Shown here piece by piece: positions 9,866-19,074 of a stretch of 64,000 nt of DNA. Where the stretch lies: positions 118,048 through 182,047 of the forward strand of contig JBBARP010000005.1 in NCBI GenBank assembly GCA_040399745.1. Direction: 5' to 3'. Origin of the DNA: Bdellovibrionia bacterium (GTDB lineage Bacteria; Bdellovibrionota; UBA1018). Under the pieces are notes generated by a model. That model saw nothing but the letters and a program-made list of their open reading frames with translations, ran no database searches and had not been told where the DNA came from. The translations under genes and the position numbers were made by a program. Within the stretch, counting starts at the first letter, position 1; each line of letters opens with the position of its first letter.

Positions 9866-10759
9866 ATGAGCTTCCTGGACGAAGAGCGAACCTACTACGA
9901 TCTGCTGGAGGTGAGCCCAGATGCCACTCCCCAGGAAATCCGGTCTGCCTACTTGCGAGTGAAAGCCGCTTACCGCAAAGACAGCGTCGCTCTTTATTCA
10001 TTGATGGATGAATCGGAAACCGAAGACCTTCTCGGCCGCATCGAATCGGCTTACCAGATTCTCTCCAATCCAGACTCTCGCCGCGACTACGACAAAAAAC
10101 ACGGCGCCTCTCTCATTGTAGCTCCCACACCGATGGCTCAAGTGGTGTCGATCGACCGCGTCCCTCCGATGGAAAGCGCCAGCGACGACATGCTCGTTGC
10201 GCCTGCCACCGACTTCACCCAGCCGCAAGCGCGCACTCAGCCAGCCGGCCGCCCGAGCCACTTCGGGCCTGGAGCCTTTTCTTCGGTTTTCGGAAGCGAA
10301 GTCGCAGGTCAGGAAAAATCTCAGGAAGAAATCTTCGTTCAAACCGCGGCACCTATTGAAGGCCGCCCGGTCAGCCAACCCATTCGGGAAAGCGGCATCA
10401 GGCCCATTTTACCGGCGGGCTTCCGGCACCCTCAGGACGCCTTCACGGATCACAAGCTTTCCCAGGAAATCGAAGCCGAAGTGGAATGGCGCGGCCCTTT
10501 CCTCCGAAAAGTCAGGGAATCCCGGAACGTTCCGCTTGAGGAACTCTCGGAACACACGAAGATTTCGAAAACCTATTTGATGGCCATCGAGGAAGAAAAC
10601 TTCCCGAAGCTTCCTGCCGCCGTCTATTTGCGGGGCTTTCTGACCCAAGTGGCAAAGTACCTGAAGCTGCCCCATTCGGCCGTCGTTCAAGCCTACATCG
10701 CACGCTTCAACGCTGCCGTAGCCGAACGCGAAAAACAAAAACGCTCCGGGCTGCGTTGA
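9866..10759 (+). CDS. J-domain protein with a C-terminal RodZ-like XRE helix-turn-helix
   Basis: N-terminal DnaJ domain YYDLLEVSPDATPQEIRSAYLRVKAAYRKD...DYDKKHG. It is atypical in lacking the HPD tripeptide. The C-terminus EELSEHTKISKTYLMAIEEENFPKLPAAVYLRGFL resembles the RodZ HTH. There is no TM segment. Confidence 0.6.
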   Translation: MSFLDEERTYYDLLEVSPDATPQEIRSAYLRVKAAYRKDSVALYSLMDESETEDLLGRIESAYQILSNPDSRRDYDKKHGASLIVAPTPMAQVVSIDRVPPMESASDDMLVAPATDFTQPQARTQPAGRPSHFGPGAFSSVFGSEVAGQEKSQEEIFVQTAAPIEGRPVSQPIRESGIRPILPAGFRHPQDAFTDHKLSQEIEAEVEWRGPFLRKVRESRNVPLEELSEHTKISKTYLMAIEEENFPKLPAAVYLRGFLTQVAKYLKLPHSAVVQAYIARFNAAVAEREKQKRSGLR

Positions 10760-10760
10760 T

Positions 10761-11807
10761 ATGGCGCCCACTTGGACTTGGAACGTAGTGCATGCCGAGG
10801 GCGAGGCGCCTTCACGCGTGGATCGCCTGATCGTTGAGGCTTTAAGCCAAGGCTTAGGCCAGTGGGTGGATCTTGCCGAAGATGAACCCGCGCCCGAAAT
10901 CAGTCGAAGCCAAATCCAAAAGCTGCTCGAACAGGGACGTGCAACCGCAGACGGAAAGCCAATCCGCTCGAGCGCGAAACTGAACCCAGGAACAGAACTT
11001 TGTCTCGACGTTCCTCCGGCAACGCCGCTGGAACTGATGCCTGAAGATCGGCCGCTCGAGTTCCTTTATCAAGACGAGCACGTGGCCGTCGTGAACAAGC
11101 CCCCTGGGCTCACGGTTCACCCCTCAGAAACTCAAGCGACCGGCACTCTGGTCCACGCCCTACTTCATCACGTGCGCGACTTGAGTGGCATTGGCGGAGT
11201 GGCTCGTCCCGGCATCGTGCACCGCTTAGACAAAGACACGAGCGGCGCGCTGATCATTTCCAAAACCGACGCTGCTCACCGAAAGCTTTCTGAAGTCTTT
11301 GCAGAGCACACGATTGAGCGTCGTTATTGGGCGCTTGTTTTTGGTGACTTCCGAACTCCCAACGACGAAGAAATTCGGATTGAAACCACTTTGGGACGAA
11401 GCCCGAAGGACCGAAAGAAAATGGCGGCCGGCGTCCCCGATGGACGGCGCGCCGTGACTTGGTTGAAGCGGGTGGATAGTTTTGCTGAACCCGGCAAGAA
11501 GCCTTTTGCAAGCCTCGTCGAAGCGCGCCTCGAGACGGGCCGCACCCATCAGGTTCGGGTTCATCTGACCGAGCAAGGCCATTCACTCCTTGGCGATCCG
11601 CTCTACGGAAAGCCCAGCGATCGTCACACCAAGTGGTTAGCACTGCCTAAAGAAGTGCGTGACCACGTGCAGCTCCTGCCAGGCCAAGCCCTTCACGCGC
11701 GGATTCTGGCACTCGACCACCCCATTCACGGCACTCCCCTTCGTTTCGAAGCGCCCCTTCCCGAGCAGTTCCGCTTGCTTTGGGAGACCCTCCGCAGGTA
11801 CCGCTGA
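10761..11807 (+). CDS. rluD: RluA-family 23S rRNA pseudouridine synthase (RluD-like) with an N-terminal S4 domain
   Basis: HRLDKDTSGALII catalytic-Asp motif and a conserved C-terminal GRTHQVRVHL. It starts 2 nt after the preceding gene. Confidence 0.7.
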   Translation: MAPTWTWNVVHAEGEAPSRVDRLIVEALSQGLGQWVDLAEDEPAPEISRSQIQKLLEQGRATADGKPIRSSAKLNPGTELCLDVPPATPLELMPEDRPLEFLYQDEHVAVVNKPPGLTVHPSETQATGTLVHALLHHVRDLSGIGGVARPGIVHRLDKDTSGALIISKTDAAHRKLSEVFAEHTIERRYWALVFGDFRTPNDEEIRIETTLGRSPKDRKKMAAGVPDGRRAVTWLKRVDSFAEPGKKPFASLVEARLETGRTHQVRVHLTEQGHSLLGDPLYGKPSDRHTKWLALPKEVRDHVQLLPGQALHARILALDHPIHGTPLRFEAPLPEQFRLLWETLRRYR

Positions 11808-11817
11808 AGGCCACATC

Positions 11818-12513
11818 ATGGCCGAAGCAAAAACTCAGTCTCTGAAGAGCGCAATCCTCGAAACTATACCTGGAATTCAGCACGGCTTTGGCGTTCGCGC
11901 AGAACCCCTTCCGCTGGTGTTCTCTGCAACCTGGGAAGCTCGGCGCTGGCGGGGCAAGCAAGTGCACGGGACGCAAGCCGTCGAACTTCGAGAGCCCGGC
12001 CAGGACGCGGGAGAAACCGACGCCGTCATGACCTGGGAATCTGGAATTCCCGCGGCCGTGCAGACCGCCGACTGCGTGCCGGTGCTATTGGCGCGGCAGG
12101 ACGGCCGGGCCGTCGCCGCAGTGCACGCGGGCTGGCGCGGGGCGCGAGCGCGGATCTTGGCAAGGCTTTGGGAGAAGCTACATCTGCGCGGAGAAGAGCC
12201 GCGGCAGTGGGTGGCAGCGATTGGACCGAGCATCGGGCCATGCTGCTATGAAGTTTCGCCTGAGCTTGCCGATGATTTTGCCAAGAACTTTAGAACCTTC
12301 GGCGTCGAACGTATTGTCCCCAAACACCGCCACTTGGACTTAGCGGCCCTTCAAGAGGCCGAGTTGAAACTCGCAGGAATCGGCGCAGTCGAAATCATTC
12401 GCGCTTGCACGCGTTGCGCTCGCGACTCGCAAGGTCAGCCACTTCTTCACAGCTACCGCGTCGAAGGCAGCGGCGTGCGTCAGTGGTCGGTGATCGAGCG
12501 CATAGGCGAGTAG
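11818..12513 (+). CDS. pgeF: YfiH/PgeF laccase-domain protein (purine nucleoside phosphorylase/peptidoglycan editing factor)
   Basis: VHAGWRG and GPCCYEV motifs. The track ORF start at 11659 overlaps rluD, so I use the ATG at 11818. Confidence 0.7.
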   Translation: MAEAKTQSLKSAILETIPGIQHGFGVRAEPLPLVFSATWEARRWRGKQVHGTQAVELREPGQDAGETDAVMTWESGIPAAVQTADCVPVLLARQDGRAVAAVHAGWRGARARILARLWEKLHLRGEEPRQWVAAIGPSIGPCCYEVSPELADDFAKNFRTFGVERIVPKHRHLDLAALQEAELKLAGIGAVEIIRACTRCARDSQGQPLLHSYRVEGSGVRQWSVIERIGE

Positions 12514-12622
12514 ATCATCGAGCGCGTACGCGAGTAGTTAGTCGAGCGGAAGATCGCCGAAGAAATCGACTGACGCAGCTGCCTCGCCGTAACGGGTCAC
12601 GAAGAGCACAAGCTAAATCCGC

Positions 12623-13999
12623 TTGTGCATGCTTTCGGAACCTTGCCGCCTGTATTTGATTTTTTCCGCGCTCTTCCTGCCCTTGGTGGCCACGGGCGGA
12701 TCCGCGCGTGACAATCGGCTCACGTCTTTGAGTGAATCCGCTCGCTCTCGCTCACCCGAGCTCCGAGCCCTTCACGAGCGCTGGGAGGAAGCCAAGGCAC
12801 GTACTCTTGAGGCATGGTCAAACTTTCTTCCACGAATTGACCTGAACCTGACGCAAAGCCGCTCTCAAGATTTCTCGATTCTTCAAAGCGGCGCGCTCGG
12901 CGCAGATGCCGGAACTCTGTTTCAGCCTCAAGCACTTTCGCTTTCTCGCTGGGAAATCTTGGGGACTTTGCCTCTCTTTCAGAGAAGCTATCAGCTCGAA
13001 GTGATTCAAAGAAAGTCCGAGGCCGAGCTGGCCCGCGTACGCTACGAGAAAGCCAGCTCCGAACTAGAAATCCAAGTCCACGAAGCCTACGGCGCCTGGC
13101 TTGCCGATCAGGCCGACCTGCTGGCGCTGGCCACAGCCCTCCGCGCATCCACCGTTGACCTCAAAGAAACCGAGCTTCGTTTTCAACTGGGATCGGCCAC
13201 TTTGCTCGATTCTCTGAAAGCCCGAACTCACCAAGGCTCGCTCGAAGCCCGCAGGCCCAGGCTTGAGCAAGCCGTCGCTCAGTCGCGTGAAGCCCTCGAG
13301 ATCCTTTGCGGCGCAATCCCTGAAGTTGCCACGCCAGAAGTAGCCGGCCGCTTAGCAGAAATTTCTGATCCAAGCCCCTGGACCGCCTCCCTCCCCCCGG
13401 GTGATTTCGACGCCCTCCTTCCCGCTCTGCTGAGCCACGACCTGGAATGGAACACGATCGAAAAAGAGAACGTCACAGCAGAGAGCCTTTTGCGAGCCCC
13501 CCTCGCAACTGAATTCCCAACGTTTCAGCTTCAAGCGCGAGTCAATCGACTGGGGCCTGACTGGCCCACGGCCCTCGTTACCCAGGACCTCTCCTACTCT
13601 CTTGCCGCAGTGGTCAGCATTCCGATCACTTCCGGCGGGAGACTGATTCAGCGGCTCAGGCAGAAGCGCCATGGTGGTTCAGCTCTTGAAGCCGAGCATG
13701 AATCCCGCACGTCACGCTGGAGGCGAGAGGCACGAGCATCTTGGCAAGAACTCCAAGTGCTGCAGGCCGAGCTCACGTCACTGCGTCTTCAAACCGAGCA
13801 ACAAGCCGAACTCGAGCGACTCACCCGAAAAAGCCACTCGCTTGGAAAGGCGCCTCTCACCGATTTACTCAACGCTCAGGACGTGCACCTTCAAGCGCAG
13901 ACCCAAGTGACACGCACCGCACTCAAACTCACTACCCTGGCACGTCGCTGGCAGTTGCGGCTCGGCGTGGATCGCAAGGTGCAGGAATCGAAGCCATGA
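12623..13999 (+). CDS. TolC-like outer membrane efflux protein (OMF)
   Basis: Signal peptide, two coiled/beta repeats, and the typical OEP architecture. Its stop overlaps the HlyD start (ATGA). Confidence 0.65.
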   Translation: MCMLSEPCRLYLIFSALFLPLVATGGSARDNRLTSLSESARSRSPELRALHERWEEAKARTLEAWSNFLPRIDLNLTQSRSQDFSILQSGALGADAGTLFQPQALSLSRWEILGTLPLFQRSYQLEVIQRKSEAELARVRYEKASSELEIQVHEAYGAWLADQADLLALATALRASTVDLKETELRFQLGSATLLDSLKARTHQGSLEARRPRLEQAVAQSREALEILCGAIPEVATPEVAGRLAEISDPSPWTASLPPGDFDALLPALLSHDLEWNTIEKENVTAESLLRAPLATEFPTFQLQARVNRLGPDWPTALVTQDLSYSLAAVVSIPITSGGRLIQRLRQKRHGGSALEAEHESRTSRWRREARASWQELQVLQAELTSLRLQTEQQAELERLTRKSHSLGKAPLTDLLNAQDVHLQAQTQVTRTALKLTTLARRWQLRLGVDRKVQESKP

Positions 14000-15000
14000 G
14001 GAGCCTCCTTCGCACACCTTTCTTCCTTGCGCTGATCATCCTCGTCGGCGCCGGATGTCATCGAAAGCCCCCGCTCAGTGGCGTTCGCGCAACTTGGGGC
14101 GCGGTCGAGACCACCGTTGCAGCGACGACGGCAGGCACCGTCGAAGCGGTTCAAGAAGCCGTGCTTGGATTCAGTGCGGGGGGACGGGTGCGCGAGGTTC
14201 GGGTTCGCGAGGGCGACACGGTGAAGCGAGGACAAATCCTAGCCGAACAAGAAAACGCGGAACTCAGAAGCGCCCTCCGGGACGCAGCAAACGAGCTTCG
14301 CCGCGCCAAACAGCTTTTTAGAGCACGCCTGATTTCTCAAGCCACGCGTGACGAAGCGCAAAGTAACCTCGATCGCGCCCGCGCCGCACTGGACCGCACC
14401 TTACTGATCGCGCCCTTTGCCGGACTTGTGGCTGAACTCAACCTCGAAGTCGGCTCGGAAGCGTTCCCTGGGTCCGGAACGACTGCGCTGAAGTTGGTCG
14501 ATCTTTTACCCCGTCGCATCTTAGGCACTTTGGATGAGCTCGATTTAGGAAAAGTGCGTCCTGGGCAGAGCGCGAGAATCCGCCTTCCTGCACTCAGCAA
14601 TCAAACCTTCCCCGGACGCGTCGTCAGAATCATTCCTTACGTGAACCCTGCCAAAGAGCAGGACCGGACCGCCCAAGTCGAACTGGCACTCGAGAGCTTG
14701 GAAGCATCACGCAACGTTCCTGTCGGTGCCTCGGCTGACATTGAAATCGTCATTGAGCGGAAAGAAAGAGCGTTGATCCTGCCGACTCGGACTTTAATCG
14801 GCGTGGGCGCAGGCCGTCGAGCCTTGGTGCTGAACGACGGAAAAGTGAAGCGCGTTCCCTTGAAAACAGGGCTGGGAAACTACGACCGAACCGAAGCCAA
14901 AGAAGGAATCGCGGAGGGCGATACGCTGATCTACCCGCCCGAGGACCGCGAGCTTCGCGATGGAGAGAAAGTCAAAATCGAGGTGAAGCCTTGGCCTTAA
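13996..15000 (+). CDS. macA: HlyD/MacA-family periplasmic adaptor (membrane fusion) lipoprotein
   Basis: MRSLLRTPFFLALIILVGAGC lipobox, a coiled-coil hairpin, and a beta-barrel/MP domain. Confidence 0.7.
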   Translation: MRSLLRTPFFLALIILVGAGCHRKPPLSGVRATWGAVETTVAATTAGTVEAVQEAVLGFSAGGRVREVRVREGDTVKRGQILAEQENAELRSALRDAANELRRAKQLFRARLISQATRDEAQSNLDRARAALDRTLLIAPFAGLVAELNLEVGSEAFPGSGTTALKLVDLLPRRILGTLDELDLGKVRPGQSARIRLPALSNQTFPGRVVRIIPYVNPAKEQDRTAQVELALESLEASRNVPVGASADIEIVIERKERALILPTRTLIGVGAGRRALVLNDGKVKRVPLKTGLGNYDRTEAKEGIAEGDTLIYPPEDRELRDGEKVKIEVKPWP

Positions 15001-15695
15001 TCGAGCTCGAGCAGGTGACTCAAGAGTACCGCCTCGGCCCCACCCGAGTTTTAGCTCTCGACCAAGTCAGCCTGAAAATCGAAAAAGGCGAATTCGTCTC
15101 CGTCATCGGCCCCTCGGGATCAGGAAAGTCGACGCTGATGAACGTCCTAGGCCTACTCGAAGTCCCCAACTCAGGACACTACCGGCTGAACGGAATCGAC
15201 GTCACCACACTGGATGACGACGAAGCCTCGATGCTTCGCAATCAAACCATCGGCTTTGTGTTTCAAAGTTTTCACCTTCTTCCACGCCTTTCTGCCTTGA
15301 GAAACGTCGAGCTTCCTTTGATCTATTCCGCTTCACACGACAAAACGTGGACTCGAAAAGCGGTGAGCGAGCGCGCCGTTCACGCCCTGGAAAGAGTGGG
15401 CCTGAGCGGTCGATCGCACCATCGTCCGAATGAGCTTTCCGGGGGCGAGCGCCAACGCGTCGCCATTGCGCGTGCACTGGTCAATTCGCCGAGTCTTCTG
15501 CTGGCGGACGAGCCCACAGGGAACCTGGACTCAAAAACCGGAGCGGAAATTCTGACGCTGTTTGAAGAGCTTCATCACCAGGGAACGACTCTTCTCTTAG
15601 TCACTCACGATGCAGCCAATGCAGCACGAGCGCATCGCACCTTGAAATTCCTCGACGGCCATCTGGCAGGAGATATCCTCCGTGCCGCTTCTTGA
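14991..15695 (+). CDS. macB: ABC transporter ATP-binding protein (MacB/LolD type)
   Basis: GPSGSGKST Walker A, LSGGERQRVAIARAL signature, LLLADEPTGNLD Walker B. It uses a TTG start. Confidence 0.8.
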   Translation: MALIELEQVTQEYRLGPTRVLALDQVSLKIEKGEFVSVIGPSGSGKSTLMNVLGLLEVPNSGHYRLNGIDVTTLDDDEASMLRNQTIGFVFQSFHLLPRLSALRNVELPLIYSASHDKTWTRKAVSERAVHALERVGLSGRSHHRPNELSGGERQRVAIARALVNSPSLLLADEPTGNLDSKTGAEILTLFEELHHQGTTLLLVTHDAANAARAHRTLKFLDGHLAGDILRAAS

Positions 15696-16890
15696 GCTGC
15701 TTCGGCTTGCTATTGAGTCGCTTCGCGCCAACCGGATGAGGACTGGCCTGACCATGCTGGGGCTGATCATCGGCGTCGCAGCAGTCGTGCTTTTACTCGC
15801 ACTCGGAAACGGAGCGCGAAATGCGATTACCCGCGAATTCGAGGGAATGGGCACGAACTTAATCATCATCCAGCCCGGCCGAACCGAAGCAAGACGGAGC
15901 ATGGGGCACGGCATGGGGGCTACTCGCGAGAAGCTCACTTTAGAAGACGTCCGAGCCCTGCAGCGCCAAGCCTACAGTCTAGCTGCCGTTACCGGAATGG
16001 TGTTTGGCCAAGTCAAAGCCAAGGTGCTTGACCGGGTGGTCGATACGCAGCTCTTGGGATCAAACGAGCAGATGCTTCAAATCTTCGCCTGGAAGCTAGG
16101 GCAAGGACAGTTCTTCACCGAAGAAGACGACCTAGCTGGGCGAAGAGTCGCAGTCCTGGGGAGTCAGACCGCGCGCTCTCTTTTCGGGGACGCAGATCCT
16201 TTGGGGAAGCTCGTGAAACTGAATGAAAGCGAACACCGAGTCGTGGGAATCATGCGTCGCGCAGGTCAGACATTCGGCATTTCCACCGACGACGTCATTT
16301 TCATCCCGAATCGATCGGCGATGCGGATCTTGAACGTGGATCGCCTCTTTGGGATTCGCGCAAAGGCACGCTCGCGAGGAAACGTCGAAGACACGGTAGC
16401 AGAAATCAAAGCAGTCCTGACCGAGCGCCATGCAGGGGAAGAGGACTTCACCGTCACCACCCAAGCTTCCATGCTTCAGAGCCTGGACAGTATCCTTCGC
16501 ATGTTGACCTGGGTTTTGGGCGGCATTGCGATGATCTCGATGGTGGTGGGCGGGATCGGGATCATGAACATCATGCTGGTTTCAGTCACTGAGCGGACCC
16601 GGGAAATTGGGATTCGGCGAGCCGTCGGCGCCAGAAGGCGCGATATTCAGCGCCAATTTCTTCTGGAGGCGGTCCTGATCTCTCTCACGGGCGGACTCAT
16701 TGGCCTTGCGAGCTCTTGGACACTGAGTCTGGCTGTGGGCTGGATTCTGCCAGCCTTCAATATGAAGGCTCCGGGCTGGGCACTCTGGCCCGCCTTCACA
16801 TCCGCGTTTTTCGTGGGTGCTGCGTTCGGAGTCTGGCCTGCGCGAAAGGCCTCCCGAATCGCAACGATCGATGCGTTGCGATTCGAATAG
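15682..16890 (+). CDS. ABC transporter permease, FtsX/MacB-type, with a periplasmic domain
   Basis: An N-terminal TM, a ~220-aa periplasmic domain, and three C-terminal TM segments with the FtsX-like ERTREIGIRRAVGA motif. Confidence 0.8.
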   Translation: MPLLELLRLAIESLRANRMRTGLTMLGLIIGVAAVVLLLALGNGARNAITREFEGMGTNLIIIQPGRTEARRSMGHGMGATREKLTLEDVRALQRQAYSLAAVTGMVFGQVKAKVLDRVVDTQLLGSNEQMLQIFAWKLGQGQFFTEEDDLAGRRVAVLGSQTARSLFGDADPLGKLVKLNESEHRVVGIMRRAGQTFGISTDDVIFIPNRSAMRILNVDRLFGIRAKARSRGNVEDTVAEIKAVLTERHAGEEDFTVTTQASMLQSLDSILRMLTWVLGGIAMISMVVGGIGIMNIMLVSVTERTREIGIRRAVGARRRDIQRQFLLEAVLISLTGGLIGLASSWTLSLAVGWILPAFNMKAPGWALWPAFTSAFFVGAAFGVWPARKASRIATIDALRFE

Positions 16891-16903
16891 GTCGCTCCGC
16901 TGC

Positions 16904-17833
16904 CTATTTGATCTCCACGTCCTCGAAGCGAATCAATCCCAAAGAATCGACTGGAGCTTTCGCCACTCGCGCAGAAAGGGTCAGTGCCGATTTCATCCGG
17001 AAAGGCGCCAAGGGATCGATGTCCGAACCTGTCTTCTTCGTCTCAAGAACTTTGGATTCTTGAACCAGCACATCCAAGCGACCGGAAGAAAGAAGGGTCT
17101 GAGCTTCGGCAGGATCAGGCGTAATTCGTAACATCACAGGGCGAGCGATCATTTTCCCCAGAACCCGGCGACCCCAGTAATGTTCGTTCGGAGCGAGTAA
17201 AATGGACTCACCCGCCTTCTGGAAAGCCACCTGGTAGGGACCTGTCACCGGGGTTTTGTCATTCCAGCTCGGAGTCGTTTCCCACTCCGGCCGCGCCGGA
17301 TAGGCAATCGGCAAAGTCAGTACCGAAAGAAATGCAGGGACAGGTTTTTCCAGTTCAATGACGAGCTGATTTTCCCCTTCTCCCCGAACCCCGACCTGCT
17401 CAAACCCGCCCTTCTTTTCATGAAAAGCGCGAGCCCCGCGGATCGGGAACAGGAGCTGTGCCCAAGGAGACTGGGTGGCAGGGTCGAGTACCCGCTGAAA
17501 CCCCTGAACAAATTCCTTTGGCAAAACAGGTCGCCCATCCGACCAAAGGGCCTCGGGTCGCAAAGTAAAGGTGTAGCGCTTTCCGTCAGCGGAAACCTCG
17601 TAGGTTTTGGCTAGCCGGGGCTCTATTTTCCCTTGGAGGTCGAGTCCGATCAATCCATCCATTACCGCTCCCAAAACGCGAAACGCTGCGCCCGCCTGAA
17701 GTTGGACCGGATCGAGAGATGCGGGCGCGGACGCAAGCTGGACCTGAAAAGCCGTCTTTCCGGAAGGAGCTGCCCCCCGATTCTGACAACCCACGAGCAA
17801 CACCGCAAACAGTCCAAACGCCCAAGCCTTCAT
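16904..17833 (-). pseudogene. Family-5 (peptide/nickel) ABC solute-binding lipoprotein. Only the N-terminal ~310 aa are present, so it is likely a 3'-truncated remnant
   Basis: The SBP_bac_5 N-domain pattern (LDP...LAKTYEVSADGKRYTFTLRPEALWSDG..., TGPY...NEHYW) terminates where domain II should continue. It has a lipobox signal MKAWAFGLFAVLLVGC. No permease genes are adjacent. Confidence 0.45.
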
Positions 17834-17895
17834 GGGTGCGGAAACTAGCAAAGCCCGGACGGCCATGCTACCCAGAAGAAAGGGGAAATTCCGCC

Positions 17896-19062
17896 ATGAC
17901 TTCAACCACCTCGCAGAAAACTCCACGCCGCCTGACCCTCCTCAGCCTACTTGCAGCACTTGGCCTGGGAGCCGGAATTTGGCTGAGCCATGTTTACTAT
18001 TCCGTTCGCGATGGAAGCGCGGGCTTTCAGTCAGCTTGCTCGGTGAACGCGCAGTTTAACTGCGACGCCGTGGCCGTGAGCCGCTGGGCTGAAATTGCAC
18101 CCGGCGTTCCGCTCTCGAGCTTGGCTGCGGGCGCCTTCTTTTCTCTGCTTCTGGTTTCCCTCATTGCCCGGATCGACTCCTGGCGCCGCGAGTCCGTTCG
18201 CTTCCTTCTCCTTCTCAGTCTGATTTCGTCGCTCTTTGCCGCGACTTACTTGATCATCATGACCACGCAGCTCAAGACGCTTTGCTTGTTCTGCTTGGCC
18301 ATCGACGTCGTGAGCTTTGGGTCACTGGGTGTGGTTTTGAGCCTTCGCCCCGAAAGCCCGAAGCGCGCGCCCATCGATGGCGGCAAGTGGAAGTCGCTGC
18401 TCGGTACTGCCGCAGGAGCAGTCTTGGTTGCCGTCGTTCTCCTCAAAGGCATGGATCAAACTCAGATTACTGCTTCTGAGATTCATGAAGCGGCCCAGGC
18501 CGTGGTCAGTCAGACTCAGTTAGAAATGAAGGGACTGGAAACTGCGCCCTTCCTCGGCAGTGCAGATGCCCCCGTCACCATCGTCAAGTTCAGCGACTAC
18601 CAGTGCCCCGCTTGTCGCATGGGCGCTATGGTCATGCATCACCTGCTGGCTCGTCACCCCGGCAAAATCAAACTAGTATTACGAAACTTTCCGCTCGATT
18701 CAGGCTGCAACCCTCAGATCCAGAAAGCTATGCACCCAGCCGCTTGCGAAGCTGCGCGCGTCGCGACTTGCTCCCATCAGCAAGGAAAACTGGCTGAGAC
18801 TTACGAAGTCCTCTTTGACCAGCAGTCACAACTCGCTCCCGGACGCGCAGCCGAACTTGCTGCTTCAAAAGGGGTCGACCGCGCCAAGCTCGATGCCTGC
18901 GTTGCCGCTCCCGAAACAGTCCAGTCCATCAGCCGCGATGTCGAAGAGGGTGCTCGATTGGGCGTTCGCTCAACTCCCACGTTCTTTGTGAATGGCCGCC
19001 GAATCGAAGGCGTCTATCCTTTGCCGGTCTGGGACCGAATCATTGAACTTCTGGCCCAGTGA
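17896..19062 (+). CDS. Vitamin K epoxide reductase (VKOR) membrane domain fused to a DsbA-like thioredoxin domain
   Basis: N-terminal 4-5 TM segments with CxxC (CSVNAQFNCDAV). The C-terminal thioredoxin fold has CPAC. Confidence 0.7.
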   Translation: MTSTTSQKTPRRLTLLSLLAALGLGAGIWLSHVYYSVRDGSAGFQSACSVNAQFNCDAVAVSRWAEIAPGVPLSSLAAGAFFSLLLVSLIARIDSWRRESVRFLLLLSLISSLFAATYLIIMTTQLKTLCLFCLAIDVVSFGSLGVVLSLRPESPKRAPIDGGKWKSLLGTAAGAVLVAVVLLKGMDQTQITASEIHEAAQAVVSQTQLEMKGLETAPFLGSADAPVTIVKFSDYQCPACRMGAMVMHHLLARHPGKIKLVLRNFPLDSGCNPQIQKAMHPAACEAARVATCSHQQGKLAETYEVLFDQQSQLAPGRAAELAASKGVDRAKLDACVAAPETVQSISRDVEEGARLGVRSTPTFFVNGRRIEGVYPLPVWDRIIELLAQ

Positions 19063-19074
19063 GTTTTTTTCATC

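Noticed and set aside
11659-11817. Upstream extension of the pgeF ORF overlapping rluD
   Set aside because: The ATG at 11818 directly follows the rluD stop and gives a normal YfiH N-terminus.
13741-13995. Upstream extension of the HlyD ORF overlapping the TolC-like gene
   Set aside because: The lipoprotein signal begins at the ATG at 13996, which overlaps the TolC stop (ATGA coupling). The extension is Arg/Ser-rich noise.
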